This document shows, piece after piece, positions 17,939 through 28,360 of a DNA stretch of 64,000 nucleotides (the stretch's first letter is position 1; each line of letters opens with the position of its first letter). Where the stretch lies: IMG/VR virus record IMGVR_UViG_3300017963_000022; one strand, written 5' to 3'. Position numbers and translations under genes: made by a program. The stretch is from an uncultured virus (IMG/VR IMGVR_UViG_3300017963_000022) (lineage: Duplodnaviria; Heunggongvirae; Uroviricota; Caudoviricetes). The notes beneath the pieces were generated by a model. That model saw only the letters and a list, made by a program, of their open reading frames with translations, was not told the origin of the DNA and did not search any database.

Positions 17939-19132
17939 TTATGCTTTCGCTCCACTGTATACATAGAGTAATCCGTCAATGCCTCTCCAGTTAAAGTTGG
18001 TTGTAGCATTGTTGTTTACGTTGGATTGCCAAGACTCTCCAACGATTTCAATATCGGGAACATATACAGTCTTCTTTACATCATACGGAGATGTAGTATC
18101 GCAAGGGTCACGTAGAATAATTTCTAGATCAACCCCTGATAATACACATCCTTGTCCAATCTGGAACTCCGTAGCTCCAGAGTTAATAGACCCATTTAGA
18201 AGCAGGTCAATAAGCTCTGTATCTGTATCTAAAACTGCTAGTGTTCCTTCAACTGTAGCGTTCTGTCGTTGGTAGCCAACCATATTACGGTTGCCCATTT
18301 CACGAACTTCCTGTGGTTGGAGTGCTCCATTGATTGTTACCGATTGTATTCTAGGAATACTATTGGCATTAATCTCAATGGCAACATCCTTACCAGGAAT
18401 AGCAACTGCCTGAACGGAGTCACTTACGTCACTCCAATTATTTCCAGCAGGGTTGGCATGATACACAGCAAGAACTTGAGCGGTTCTGGTGTCGCCTGTT
18501 GTAAGGGTTGTACCAGAGACGCTGTATTCTCCTGTGCTTGGGCCAGCGGCAACTTCTTCCAGATATTCTCCATCAAGGATTACTGATAGAAGTTTGTTTC
18601 CGTTTGCTAGCTGGATAGGAGTATCTGCGAGTGAAAACGAAGTTGTTCCTGAAGTAAACTTATCAACAACAACATCATTTTTGAACCAGCGTTTTTCTGA
18701 ACCAACAAGGTTGTAGTCCTCTGTTGAGTCTGCATCTACAGAATAGTTGTACGTAAAATCACGTACTTGTAGTCTGCGAGCGTGAGCACTCTTTACGTAA
18801 TCGGATAGTGAATCATCTTTGATATATACAATTACGTCAACCTCAGTTAGGTTAGAAATATCAACTCCAGCACCAGGGTAGGCAGAAGGGTCTGTTCCTG
18901 TCAATACGGAGAACACTTTAATTCCAACATCCATAGCGGAGAAGGACATAGATACGTTAGGAATACCTTTAGATGTACCTGCGTGAGAAGAATTTCCCAA
19001 CTCGTCAACATAATTTGACGGTACATCGTCATTGAACTGAACTCTTTGTACACGGCTTGCTACAAAAGAGTCAATTGGCCCAACGATCTTTAGTTGTGCT
19101 TCCTTAGAAGGAATCGCTAATCTTTTTGCCAT
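17939..19132 (-). CDS. Major tail (tube) protein
   Basis: Beta-rich; upstream of the chaperones; strong RBS; hairpin follows. Confidence 0.75.
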   Translation of the reverse strand: MAKRLAIPSKEAQLKIVGPIDSFVASRVQRVQFNDDVPSNYVDELGNSSHAGTSKGIPNVSMSFSAMDVGIKVFSVLTGTDPSAYPGAGVDISNLTEVDVIVYIKDDSLSDYVKSAHARRLQVRDFTYNYSVDADSTEDYNLVGSEKRWFKNDVVVDKFTSGTTSFSLADTPIQLANGNKLLSVILDGEYLEEVAAGPSTGEYSVSGTTLTTGDTRTAQVLAVYHANPAGNNWSDVSDSVQAVAIPGKDVAIEINANSIPRIQSVTINGALQPQEVREMGNRNMVGYQRQNATVEGTLAVLDTDTELIDLLLNGSINSGATEFQIGQGCVLSGVDLEIILRDPCDTTSPYDVKKTVYVPDIEIVGESWQSNVNNNATTNFNWRGIDGLLYVYSGAKA

Positions 19133-19148
19133 CTGTAGTTCCTCCTAC

Positions 19149-19634
19149 TTAGGTGGTTTGATTATATCTAGCTACTAGTTTTACTTGACCCCGCCAATAC
19201 ACTTTGCTAGTCTCTCCCTGTGTTTCGGGAAAGATGCGTATTGGAGTATATTCCAGAGTCAACCAGTCCATAGCTCCGATTTGGGTTGGACTTACGTCTG
19301 GTGGGAAACCCTCATCATAGTCATATACTGGTATTCCTTGCTGGAATGTATTTTTAATTAAGTAGCCAAAGTCGTCTGTTTGCGACTTGTTATCACCAAA
19401 AATTGTGATAATCCAAGTTCGTATATCCACACCTTCCCTATTTCCTAGTTCAAAAGGTCTAACAGAGTACACAGAATTTTCTATCGAAACTGTAGGGATT
19501 GTTAGTTCGACAGGCTGGTTACTCCCTGAGTTTGGGAACTCATCTACAATGGTAACAAAGGAAGCGTTGACAGAATCAAACGCATCTTTGACGCAATAGT
19601 ATACACTTAAGTCTTGCTTTCTTTCTAAGTACAT
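19149..19634 (-). CDS. Tail terminator / completion protein
   Basis: Size, synteny, PTVSI...ELG pattern. Confidence 0.6.
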   Translation of the reverse strand: MYLERKQDLSVYYCVKDAFDSVNASFVTIVDEFPNSGSNQPVELTIPTVSIENSVYSVRPFELGNREGVDIRTWIITIFGDNKSQTDDFGYLIKNTFQQGIPVYDYDEGFPPDVSPTQIGAMDWLTLEYTPIRIFPETQGETSKVYWRGQVKLVARYNQTT

Positions 19635-20512
19635 TATAGTAACGCTAGTCCTAATTTTCCTGTTCTGGTTATATATAGTTTATAAAGTCTATCTTTAATT
19701 GATAGTTCTTGTAAAATTTGCCCAGGTACAAACTCACGAGCATTATCAAAATTAAATTCTTCAATGGCTCTGTATATATCTTGAAGGACAGTTTCTCCTC
19801 CATATGTTTCTAACTGAAGTCTAGTAAAAAGTAGGTTCTGTTCTCTTGCTACTTTTGCTGAAAAATCTACAATAATTTTCATATGTGCAGATTCTACAAA
19901 GTGTGTACCAGGACTATCTGGATAAGGCGTACCTCCTCCTCCTCCGAAGGAGACATTACCATCATTTAGAAGTGACCACCAAGGAGCAGGTGAAGACATA
20001 TTAGCTATTCTATCTTGAATAGTTTCAAAGTATCTTGTTGTTCCTTCATCCTTGTAAGTAGGTGTTCTTCCTCTTTGTCCTTTCTTTCTTCTTTTCTTCA
20101 TAGAAAGTCCTTCACGAGCTTGTCCATAAAGAAAGTATCTCCAATATCTTGAAGCATCCACTGGAGCAAGGGTTCTTGGAAAGTTTTGTCTTGTAGATTC
20201 TACTGCGTTAATATAATCATCTAATCTTCCTGCTGTTGTATTCAGGTCGATCTCAAGAGTTACTGTGTCGCCAACAATAGCAAATACAAGTGTCTCATCT
20301 CTACGAATAGCCGCTATTAGCGGTTCCCTAAAGATAGGCAAGTCGTATTCTTTTGTTAAGCTTATAGCTAACTCTGCTTCTGTTACTAGCATTTCGTGGT
20401 AAGTGTGTTTTTGTTCTTCTAGTACAGTTATAAAAGCGGCTCGCAGTACGCTGTTTTTTAATCTTTCCAACTCGGCTACCCACCGAGTTACTCCCTGTGT
20501 TACTTTAGCCAT
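19634..20512 (-). CDS. Neck / tail-completion protein
   Basis: Synteny; LNDG...PGTHFVE pattern. Confidence 0.5.
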   Translation of the reverse strand: MAKVTQGVTRWVAELERLKNSVLRAAFITVLEEQKHTYHEMLVTEAELAISLTKEYDLPIFREPLIAAIRRDETLVFAIVGDTVTLEIDLNTTAGRLDDYINAVESTRQNFPRTLAPVDASRYWRYFLYGQAREGLSMKKRRKKGQRGRTPTYKDEGTTRYFETIQDRIANMSSPAPWWSLLNDGNVSFGGGGGTPYPDSPGTHFVESAHMKIIVDFSAKVAREQNLLFTRLQLETYGGETVLQDIYRAIEEFNFDNAREFVPGQILQELSIKDRLYKLYITRTGKLGLALL

Positions 20513-20780
20513 TATACGGTGGAAACTCTATATCGCCTAATAAGGCTCTCATTAAGGAACGAGTGAAATCTCCAAAGCCGTCAAGAATATATTTTCTAAT
20601 AGTTTTAAAGTCCTCATCCTCTAGATCGAGTTCTTCAACTGCTTGAAGAGTAAGGGCAACAAACTTGTTTTTCTTTTTATCCACGACTCTCATAATATCA
20701 AGTATATCGAGTCCTTGAATAATTACTCCTTCTCGTCTATCAAATTCTTCCATTATACTGTCTTCTCCTTTTCGATACAA
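20505..20780 (-). CDS. Hypothetical protein
   Basis: ORF track; overlaps both neighbours. Confidence 0.6.
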   Translation of the reverse strand: MYRKGEDSIMEEFDRREGVIIQGLDILDIMRVVDKKKNKFVALTLQAVEELDLEDEDFKTIRKYILDGFGDFTRSLMRALLGDIEFPPYNG

Positions 20781-21178
20781 TCAAGCAATATTCTATTAAC
20801 TGCCGGTACACCTCTAGGAATTTCTGATTGTATTTCTAGTACCTTCCCATCAGCTACTATGTATTCTGTACCGTCCAACATAGTCCGTGTTATGTTTCCA
20901 CGCCACTTTATTTGAATCCTACAATCTCCATCAAACTGCTGTCCACCAGCATACCAATCAAGAACGTTCACTTGTCCCCAATTAACATGTCCGGTAACTG
21001 TGGTTACAGCATAGGCAGGAATCCAGTATTTCCCATTACATCCAGAACAGAATGGGTCTTGAGAGTGGTTAGAGACAATATCCAAATTACATATACCACA
21101 TCCTGAATATGTGGGGATATAAAAGTCTACGGGTCGTCCGATTAATGCTCGTATATCGTCTATAATATTTGTTAGCAT
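20753..21178 (-). CDS. Head-closure-like protein with CxxC motifs
   Basis: Synteny; CGIC...CSGC. Confidence 0.5.
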   Translation of the reverse strand: MLTNIIDDIRALIGRPVDFYIPTYSGCGICNLDIVSNHSQDPFCSGCNGKYWIPAYAVTTVTGHVNWGQVNVLDWYAGGQQFDGDCRIQIKWRGNITRTMLDGTEYIVADGKVLEIQSEIPRGVPAVNRILLDCIEKEKTV

Positions 21179-21181
21179 TGT

Positions 21182-24100
21182 TTAGTAATCCTCTCCTTCA
21201 GGATTTCGTAGAGTTGCATAGAAGTCTATTGGGAAGTTTAAAACGGCTCTATGAACTCTTTCTGCTTGTGTTCTAATTGAACTTATGAAAGAAGATACAT
21301 CGGTAATACCAACCGTATCTTGAATCAAAATTCTAACTGCTCTTAGTCTTGATAGTGCATCAGTAACTCCAACTGCGTCACTAATCAGTACTGTTATTTT
21401 CTTTAGTGCAGATAGTGTGTCAGTAACATTTACAGTTTCTTGTAAAGATACAACTAAAGCTCTTACATTAGTTAGAGTATCTGTTACTCCCACGCTTTCC
21501 ACAAAGGTTCTTGATATAGCTCTTACTGTTGCTATAGTATCCGTAATTCCTACAGTGTCGCTAATTAGCACTACTAACTTAACTATTCTTTCAATACTGT
21601 CTGTTATTCCTACGGTATCGGCAAGAGTCACAAACCTATTTGCTGATCTAGATAGTATGTCAGTTATTCCAACATTTTCTGTAATCAACTTTATAATATT
21701 TCTAGCAGTAGTTACTGCATCTGTTACACTTACTGTTTCGCTAAATGTTCTAAATAAGTTTCTTGCAGAAGCTAAAGAGTCAGTTACTCCTACATTATCA
21801 CTAATAGTTACAAAAACTCCTGCCGCACCTTTTACAGCGTCAATTACATCTGTGATACCCACACTATCGACAAGTGTAACTATTCTACCTGCTGATCTTG
21901 AAAGTACGTCTGTAATTCCTACACTGTCTACAAAAGCTCTCGCTATTGTTCTTGCAGTACTTAATGTGTCAGTAACACCCACACTGTTTTGTAAAATTAC
22001 CCTACGTCCTATAGATATTAAAAGATTATCTGTAATGCCTACGGTGTCTAAAATAGATACCACAATTACAAGTGTAGCTGAAATAGTATCAGTTAGTCCT
22101 ACGGTGTCTGTTAAAGTTTTCTTAAGATCTCTTGCAGTTGTTATTGTGTCAGTAATTCCTACATTATCTGTTAATGTCTTGAAGAGATTTCTTGCATTTG
22201 TAACAGTATCGGTAACACCTACATTCTCTGCAAAAGTTCTTGCTATTGTTCTAGCTGTTGTAAGTGCATCTGTTATGCCAACAGTATCAGCAATAGTTAC
22301 AACTTTTTTGAGAATTGCATTAATTGTGTCTGTAATCCCCACTGAGTCCGTAAGAGTAATTCTTCTTCCTACAGAACTAGATATACTGCTTGTAACATCC
22401 ACACTTGCTGTAAGAGTTCTAAAGAGTTCCCTACTTGTAGCTAATGAATCAGTAATCCCTACAGTTTCAGTAAGAGTTACTCCTCTTCCAATAGCAGTAG
22501 CCAATATGTCAGTAATACCTACATTATCAGCAATTGTTTTGACAATATTTCTAACTGTTGCTAGTGCGTCTGTAATACCAACAGTATCAGAAATAAGCAC
22601 AACCTTTTTAAGGATTGCGTTAAGAGTATCAGTAATACCAACGTTGTCAGTAATGGTAATTTTTTTACCCGCAGAAGTGACAATAGTATCTGTTATTCCT
22701 ACATTGTCGGTAAGAGTTTTGAAAATTTCTCTAGCTGTGGTTAAAGCATCGGCAATACCAACTGTATCTGCTATAGTTGCAAATCGTCCTGCCGATCTTG
22801 TTAGAGCATCAGTGATGCCTACATTATCAGCAATGGAAATAATTTTTCCAAGCACCGTTGCCAGTGTGTCAGTAACACCTACTGTATCCGCAATAGATAC
22901 TATTCTCCCTATCGCAGTTGTAACTACATCAGTAATTCCGAGAGAATCTGAAATTGTTTTAAAAATATTTCTTGCAGTAGTAGTTGTATCAGTTACTCCA
23001 ACATCATCGGTAATAGTTCTATATCTTCCAAATATGAGTGAAAGTGCATCCGTTACACCTACGCTGTCTGCTATGGAAACTGTTCTTCCAAGAACTATAG
23101 AAATTGTATCTGTTACTCCTACTGAATCTGAAACAGTTCTAAAGTAGTCTGTTCCTGCGGCTATACTATGAGTTCCTACATATACATCTCCAGAATAGAT
23201 ATAAAGATAAGGAATTTCGCTTGTACTTGCGTTGTCATTGTTGTAACAATATCCAAGTGCTGAAGCTGTAATTGCTCCACTTTCTGTTTCCACATCTTGA
23301 TTTCTAGTCCAAGAAGTATCATATTCTAACAAGTCTAGAGAGTTAGCATCGTCTGTAGGTTGCCCTAAAACATACCTAATTCCATTAACTTGTGTAGCTG
23401 AAAGTATAGTAGTGCTTCTAAAGTCTTCGCTAGTATCACTGTCGTTTTCGTACAAACTTGGCGATACCATAGTATAACGATACACAGCACTATCATAAAT
23501 TTGAAGTCTAGCTCCTGTAACAAGCTGTCCGGCTGTACCATTAGAAAAAGTATTTTCTGTTCCCCAGGAACCAGCATTTCTATTACGATAGTTGTAGTCT
23601 GCATCTGTTAAGTCGTAGTAAATAACATCTATATCATTAGAAGCAAAAGAGCCTCTACAAAAAGTTGCAGACATCACATAATCGTGATCTAATCCTGTGT
23701 TAATAGCTTCAGGAGAAGATAAAGTGATACCATTAAAAAACCTAAATTTAAGATAGGCTTGAATTACGCCTTTATATTTTACAAAATCTACAAAAGTAAA
23801 ACCAATATAATCAGAAGTGTCTACACAAATTGAGCAAGTAATGTAAGTTGCACTACTTGGTATTTCTGTGTAACTAGGAATTACCCCCGCCCAGGAACCA
23901 GACCAAGATTCCGTTCCTGTGTCATACTTTCTATATTGATATATATAGTTTGCATCATCAGGAGAAACTACTACCCAAATGTCATCAGCAGAATCTATTT
24001 GAGAGTCTATTACTTGAATATTAGGAGTAGCGGAACCAAAAATATTTGTTGTGGTCTGACTAGTTGAAGATGCTGGAGTTCCATCTAAATTTTTATAGAT

Positions 24101-24205
24101 ATACAAAGTACCAGCTTCAGCAAATACGCCCCAATAAGAGCCGTCACTAAGCTGGTGAATCTGCATATTATTTATATGAGTTCCAGTTCTAACTAGTGTT
24201 CCCAT
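21182..24205 (-). CDS. Fibre-like virion protein: globular N-terminus plus about 31 Thr/Ser-rich repeats of ~20 aa
   Basis: Repeated [ST]D[NTS]VG[IV]TD motif from about residue 355 to 975. Confidence 0.8.
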   Translation of the reverse strand: MGTLVRTGTHINNMQIHQLSDGSYWGVFAEAGTLYIYKNLDGTPASSTSQTTTNIFGSATPNIQVIDSQIDSADDIWVVVSPDDANYIYQYRKYDTGTESWSGSWAGVIPSYTEIPSSATYITCSICVDTSDYIGFTFVDFVKYKGVIQAYLKFRFFNGITLSSPEAINTGLDHDYVMSATFCRGSFASNDIDVIYYDLTDADYNYRNRNAGSWGTENTFSNGTAGQLVTGARLQIYDSAVYRYTMVSPSLYENDSDTSEDFRSTTILSATQVNGIRYVLGQPTDDANSLDLLEYDTSWTRNQDVETESGAITASALGYCYNNDNASTSEIPYLYIYSGDVYVGTHSIAAGTDYFRTVSDSVGVTDTISIVLGRTVSIADSVGVTDALSLIFGRYRTITDDVGVTDTTTTARNIFKTISDSLGITDVVTTAIGRIVSIADTVGVTDTLATVLGKIISIADNVGITDALTRSAGRFATIADTVGIADALTTAREIFKTLTDNVGITDTIVTSAGKKITITDNVGITDTLNAILKKVVLISDTVGITDALATVRNIVKTIADNVGITDILATAIGRGVTLTETVGITDSLATSRELFRTLTASVDVTSSISSSVGRRITLTDSVGITDTINAILKKVVTIADTVGITDALTTARTIARTFAENVGVTDTVTNARNLFKTLTDNVGITDTITTARDLKKTLTDTVGLTDTISATLVIVVSILDTVGITDNLLISIGRRVILQNSVGVTDTLSTARTIARAFVDSVGITDVLSRSAGRIVTLVDSVGITDVIDAVKGAAGVFVTISDNVGVTDSLASARNLFRTFSETVSVTDAVTTARNIIKLITENVGITDILSRSANRFVTLADTVGITDSIERIVKLVVLISDTVGITDTIATVRAISRTFVESVGVTDTLTNVRALVVSLQETVNVTDTLSALKKITVLISDAVGVTDALSRLRAVRILIQDTVGITDVSSFISSIRTQAERVHRAVLNFPIDFYATLRNPEGEDY

Positions 24206-24206
24206 G

Positions 24207-24695
24207 TTACTCCGGTGTCCAAGTATATGAACATGCAGGGTGGCTTGCTTGCCACTGTGTTACTTCTTCCTCTGTTAATACACTTCTAGGCACATGTTGA
24301 CAATAGTCTTGAAAAACAGCGTGGTTTACTGCCGCACATTCTGTTGGTGGATTTTCTGTTTCTCCAAGTAGTTTCAGTAGTGGACACCTGTTTTCAAAGG
24401 TAGTATCGTCTCCATATGGAGGAAGATCAGTAACAAAACCGTATCCTGGTTTCCAAATAAAATAGTATCTTTTTCCAGTGATCTTGATTTCGCCAAATCC
24501 TTCTTCAATTGATTCTAGAGTCTGTTTTAGTGGAAAGTGGGCGATCATTGCTTCTTCAGACCAAGCTATAAGAGTATCAGGCCATTCATCAGGCCAAGGT
24601 GAATCCATGCTTGGAGGGTCTCCACCAAAAGTATACGGAGCACCGCAACACTGTCCACACCAGTTGCATGTTCCTTGTCGTATATAATTAGCCAT
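24207..24695 (-). CDS. Cysteine-cluster protein (YkgJ-like CxxCGxCC)
   Basis: CNWCGQCC plus downstream CPLL, C, C. Confidence 0.6.
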   Translation of the reverse strand: MANYIRQGTCNWCGQCCGAPYTFGGDPPSMDSPWPDEWPDTLIAWSEEAMIAHFPLKQTLESIEEGFGEIKITGKRYYFIWKPGYGFVTDLPPYGDDTTFENRCPLLKLLGETENPPTECAAVNHAVFQDYCQHVPRSVLTEEEVTQWQASHPACSYTWTPE

Positions 24696-25391
24696 TTATT
24701 TACTCCAATATTGTCTAAAAGATTCTATCTCTTCTTCAGTATAGAAATGTTTTACATATTTTAAATTGTACACCCTATCAAGAAACTCTGTAGGATACTC
24801 TAAATTTTTAAGTTGCGAATATTTCTCACCAATATATTTTGCATCCTTCAAACTTCTTTCGTGAACCATTTGAATATTCCAAATTCCTAACAGTTTACGA
24901 AGAGCAGTCGGTAAAACTCTATTGGCATCTTCTAGTCTTAGAATTAAAAGTCTATGTTTACCTACTTTGTAAATACTATATCCTCGTTTATGATTGAACT
25001 TTTTTTCAAAGGGGTTGAAATCAAACGTGGTCATTAGTTCTTTTTCAAACCACAGATCAGGATAATGTATGTTATATTTTTCTAAGAACAGAGCTTGTAG
25101 TTCTTCTGCCGTTTCTGTCCTTCCTGATACACCATATCTTATAGAACTAAACATAAAGGCAGAAAGATTTCTTGCCATTGGTTCTCTAATAGGTGTAATA
25201 ATTTTAAGGGGAGGGACTTCTCCCGATTTAATTATCCTTAACACTTTTGGCTTGCTTGTTGGAAACTCTATTTCTGGAACTTCTCCAGATAGCCAATGAG
25301 CATGAAGTGTCTCCACTCCACTATTGTAAAGTGCTCGGTTTATAGAATTGCTACCTACTCTACCCATTTGGTAAAGAAATGTAGTCTTCAA
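24696..25391 (-). CDS. Sulfotransferase-like protein (putative capsular polysaccharide synthesis family)
   Basis: YQMGRVGSNS 5'-PSB-like loop; IREPMARNLS 3'-PB-like motif. Confidence 0.7.
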   Translation of the reverse strand: MKTTFLYQMGRVGSNSINRALYNSGVETLHAHWLSGEVPEIEFPTSKPKVLRIIKSGEVPPLKIITPIREPMARNLSAFMFSSIRYGVSGRTETAEELQALFLEKYNIHYPDLWFEKELMTTFDFNPFEKKFNHKRGYSIYKVGKHRLLILRLEDANRVLPTALRKLLGIWNIQMVHERSLKDAKYIGEKYSQLKNLEYPTEFLDRVYNLKYVKHFYTEEEIESFRQYWSK

Positions 25392-25394
25392 TTT

Positions 25395-25937
25395 TTAGCT
25401 TCCTAAGAATGTAATCTCCCAAGTAATTTCGAGAGTGTCTGAAGAACCAACATCAACAGCAGGTGAAATCTGTGCATACGCCATTGTATCTGTACCGTTG
25501 CCCAATAGAGCTTCGTCAATACCTGTAGCGTTAAGATCTCCAGCTTCGAAAGTTGATTTATAAACAATTACATTATCATCTGCGGCGGCCCAAGCTCCTT
25601 TAGTTTGAGGGTAAGAAGCATCCATAGCTTCATCTGAGCCTGACTGAGATACAAGCGCATCTACTGTTTTGGCTTCTGTAGTAAACCCTGTACCAACACC
25701 GATCACAGCATTAGTGTTATCCAGCTTGGTTCTTTCTGTAGTGTCTTGGTGAAGGTCTGCGATAAGGGCATCGCCTTCATTAGTCACGATGTTATGGTTC
25801 GCCATAATCATATCGGAACCAGGGAGTCTCAGGAGTTTTTGCCACCAGTTAGGAGCCTGTTTTTTAATTTGTCCATCAGGCCCACGAACGATTGCTCTAA
25901 CGCTTCCGCTGATAAGCATTTTTTCTCTTTTAATCAT
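25395..25937 (-). CDS. Virion structural protein (probable fibre attachment)
   Basis: HNIVTNEG...IGVGTG...EALL...SDTLEITWEI pattern; synteny. Confidence 0.55.
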   Translation of the reverse strand: MIKREKMLISGSVRAIVRGPDGQIKKQAPNWWQKLLRLPGSDMIMANHNIVTNEGDALIADLHQDTTERTKLDNTNAVIGVGTGFTTEAKTVDALVSQSGSDEAMDASYPQTKGAWAAADDNVIVYKSTFEAGDLNATGIDEALLGNGTDTMAYAQISPAVDVGSSDTLEITWEITFLGS

Positions 25938-27195
25938 TTTGTTCTCCTAATTGTAAGGTTTCAATAAAGAGTTTTTTCCAACTCTTTGCTATATTACTCC
26001 ATAAATATTTTTCTGAAGTAAACTTTTCTAGACCTTTTTGTCCTAGAGATTTTCTAAGTTCTTCGTCATTGTACAATGTTTCCAAGTGCTCAGTTAATCC
26101 CATCGGGTCTGGATAGTCTCTATCAAGAAGAGTTTCTGTGTCAAAGACTGTTTGCTTTATAGGGATAAGCAACCCACAATCTTCAAAAAGTTCTGCACAA
26201 GCAGTATGATTTGGAACCACTTGAGGTACTCCAGAAACAGCGTGTTCGGTTGCTGTGAGTCCCCAACCTTCTCCTAAAGAAGTATTAATTCCAACATCTG
26301 TTACATTATAAATCTTGTTTAGTTTTTCAATTGGAATTTGTTGTACCAATGGTTCAAGATTTGTAACAATAATTCTTTGATGTAATTTTAAATCCCAAGG
26401 TTTATAAAGACCCTTATCTTCAAATCTTTTTTCTATGCGCTCTACCAACTGGAAAAGATTCCAACCTGCATCTTGTACTCCTGCATGGTGATAGTATCTT
26501 ACTGTTGGTGGTTTTTCTAAAGCAAAATGAGCAAACGCCAATAAAGAAAGATCGAGTCTTTTTCTTGGTTGATTTCTATTTGCATTTAGAACAACAAATG
26601 AATTGTTAATGTCAAGTCTTTTTTTAATTGCTTCAAAGATTTCTTCTTTTGCTTCTTGTCTATCCTCTATTTTGTAAAAGTCTTTCAGATTTGTTCCGTG
26701 AGGGATTACCTCTATTTTTGATTCTAATTCTGGAGAAGCGTCCAAAACTGTTTTCTTTCCAAACTCTGTATATACTACAGCTTTAGAAACAATATCAAAA
26801 TGCTGGAACCAAATTAGTTGATACCCATAGCCATCTACAGGAAAATAAACAACAATTTTAGGTAGGTCTTTTCCTGCATATATTTGTTTAATGTTTTCAA
26901 GGTATACATCTACAATCCAAATATCATTTAGAATAAAAATAATATCTGGTTTTACTTTATGTACAAGTTCCTCTATACGGGCAACTCCATACATATCTTG
27001 AAATCCTGTTCTTGGTGTAGCCGCAGGATAAATATGGTGAGTGAAGTTGTGAGGGTCTCCATGATAGTTGATAGCTAAGTGGTGAACCTCAAATTCATCT
27101 TCTGGAAGTTCTTGGATAATATTGTGATTTACTGTTCCAAATCCAGTTGGAGTAACTCCGTCCCCTATCCAGAGGATTTTAATTTTGTCTTTCAT
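25930..27195 (-). CDS. GT-B glycosyltransferase (GT4-like)
   Basis: NRNQPRKR, GEGWGLTATE...GVPQV, IPHG motifs. Confidence 0.88.
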   Translation of the reverse strand: MKDKIKILWIGDGVTPTGFGTVNHNIIQELPEDEFEVHHLAINYHGDPHNFTHHIYPAATPRTGFQDMYGVARIEELVHKVKPDIIFILNDIWIVDVYLENIKQIYAGKDLPKIVVYFPVDGYGYQLIWFQHFDIVSKAVVYTEFGKKTVLDASPELESKIEVIPHGTNLKDFYKIEDRQEAKEEIFEAIKKRLDINNSFVVLNANRNQPRKRLDLSLLAFAHFALEKPPTVRYYHHAGVQDAGWNLFQLVERIEKRFEDKGLYKPWDLKLHQRIIVTNLEPLVQQIPIEKLNKIYNVTDVGINTSLGEGWGLTATEHAVSGVPQVVPNHTACAELFEDCGLLIPIKQTVFDTETLLDRDYPDPMGLTEHLETLYNDEELRKSLGQKGLEKFTSEKYLWSNIAKSWKKLFIETLQLGEQND

Positions 27196-27222
27196 TCCTA
27201 CTCCTTTCCTTTTGTGTTTATG

Positions 27223-27738
27223 TTAATAATCTGCACCTGACTCATGTGGGTTATCCATATATCCAACCAAACTTCCTTTGAGAGAACTTCTCAATTTTTT
27301 CTGTGGTGGTATAAGGATACTATCGAGTTCAGCTTTTAGCCTCTTTAGTACTTCGCTTTTTACTTTACTGCTTTGAATATTGGAATAAGAGATTTCTGCA
27401 TCTCTCCAACTTCCTACACTCCAAGCCATATTTTCTAACGAGCCCTCTAACACAATGATCGCCGCCATTATTATAATTGGCTGTATATCTTGTGGTTCAA
27501 CAATTGGAGGCTCATCAAAAGTATAACTCCAGCTTGAGTTTCTTTCTACATTATATGTAGAAACCCCATCATCAATAAGATACTTATTAGACCAATATCT
27601 TTGTAATGCCCATACAGAGGCTACCAATGCTGTCTGTAGCCACTCATTAGTATATCTATAGCTACCAACAGTAACGTCCCCGATTCGTTGTCTAAGAAAG
27701 GGGAGTAGATAATCTAGGTTTGTGCTGGCTACTGTCAT
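27223..27738 (-). CDS. Head-tail adaptor-like protein
   Basis: LRQRIGD...YTNEWL pattern; downstream of the capsid gene. Confidence 0.55.
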   Translation of the reverse strand: MTVASTNLDYLLPFLRQRIGDVTVGSYRYTNEWLQTALVASVWALQRYWSNKYLIDDGVSTYNVERNSSWSYTFDEPPIVEPQDIQPIIIMAAIIVLEGSLENMAWSVGSWRDAEISYSNIQSSKVKSEVLKRLKAELDSILIPPQKKLRSSLKGSLVGYMDNPHESGADY

Positions 27739-27752
27739 TAGTTATTCCTCAA

Positions 27753-28271
27753 TTAATTTTTTTCTTCTAGCTCTCCTGATTGAAGAACTGATAGTCTTTC
27801 TCTTAAGAATTGCATTGTCTTCTCAGGACGTTCCGCTTCTTCTGCTACTTTGATGACTCTTGTAAGTGCGGCCTCAGTTGTCATTTTTTCAACTGTTTTC
27901 TTTAGCTTCATAAACGGAGCTACTACTAGTTTTTCTAATTCTTCATCTGTTAAATTATTGGCTGACTTTTTAATTTGTGTGCTTCTAGGTTTATTGTACT
28001 CAACGATCAAACCTTCTTCAAGGTGTTTTCTATTTGCCCGCTTAAAGAATACATGCTCTTCGTCAGACCAAAGTTCGATGAAACAACTATCTGCTTCGGT
28101 ATCTCCGTTTGGTGGGCTGAACAGAAGAACATCTTCGATCTGGTTAGTAAATGAGTTAAGTCTTTTCACATTTACTTTTCCAATAATACCTTTTCCCTTC
28201 TTATAAACTGCCACCGGATTATCTGTTGACATTAGGGAAATAACAGAATAATCTTTCACTTGTCCTTTCAT
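27753..28271 (-). CDS. Hypothetical protein downstream of the capsid gene
   Basis: ORF with RBS. Confidence 0.65.
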   Translation of the reverse strand: MKGQVKDYSVISLMSTDNPVAVYKKGKGIIGKVNVKRLNSFTNQIEDVLLFSPPNGDTEADSCFIELWSDEEHVFFKRANRKHLEEGLIVEYNKPRSTQIKKSANNLTDEELEKLVVAPFMKLKKTVEKMTTEAALTRVIKVAEEAERPEKTMQFLRERLSVLQSGELEEKN

Positions 28272-28309
28272 TATAAGTTTAAACTCCTTTTCAATTGTAA
28301 AGTCTAGTT

Positions 28310-28341
28310 GGGGGAGGGAATGGATTACTCCGCCCTCCCCC
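28310..28341 (-). terminator. Hairpin after the major capsid gene
   Basis: GGGGGAGGG / CCCTCCCCC stem; U tract weak. Confidence 0.5.
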
Positions 28342-28360
28342 TATAAACATAATTCAGTTA

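Noticed and set aside
21417..23147. 576-aa plus-strand ORF
   Set aside because: Antisense shadow of the repetitive fibre gene; the same repeat read backwards; opposite to the operon
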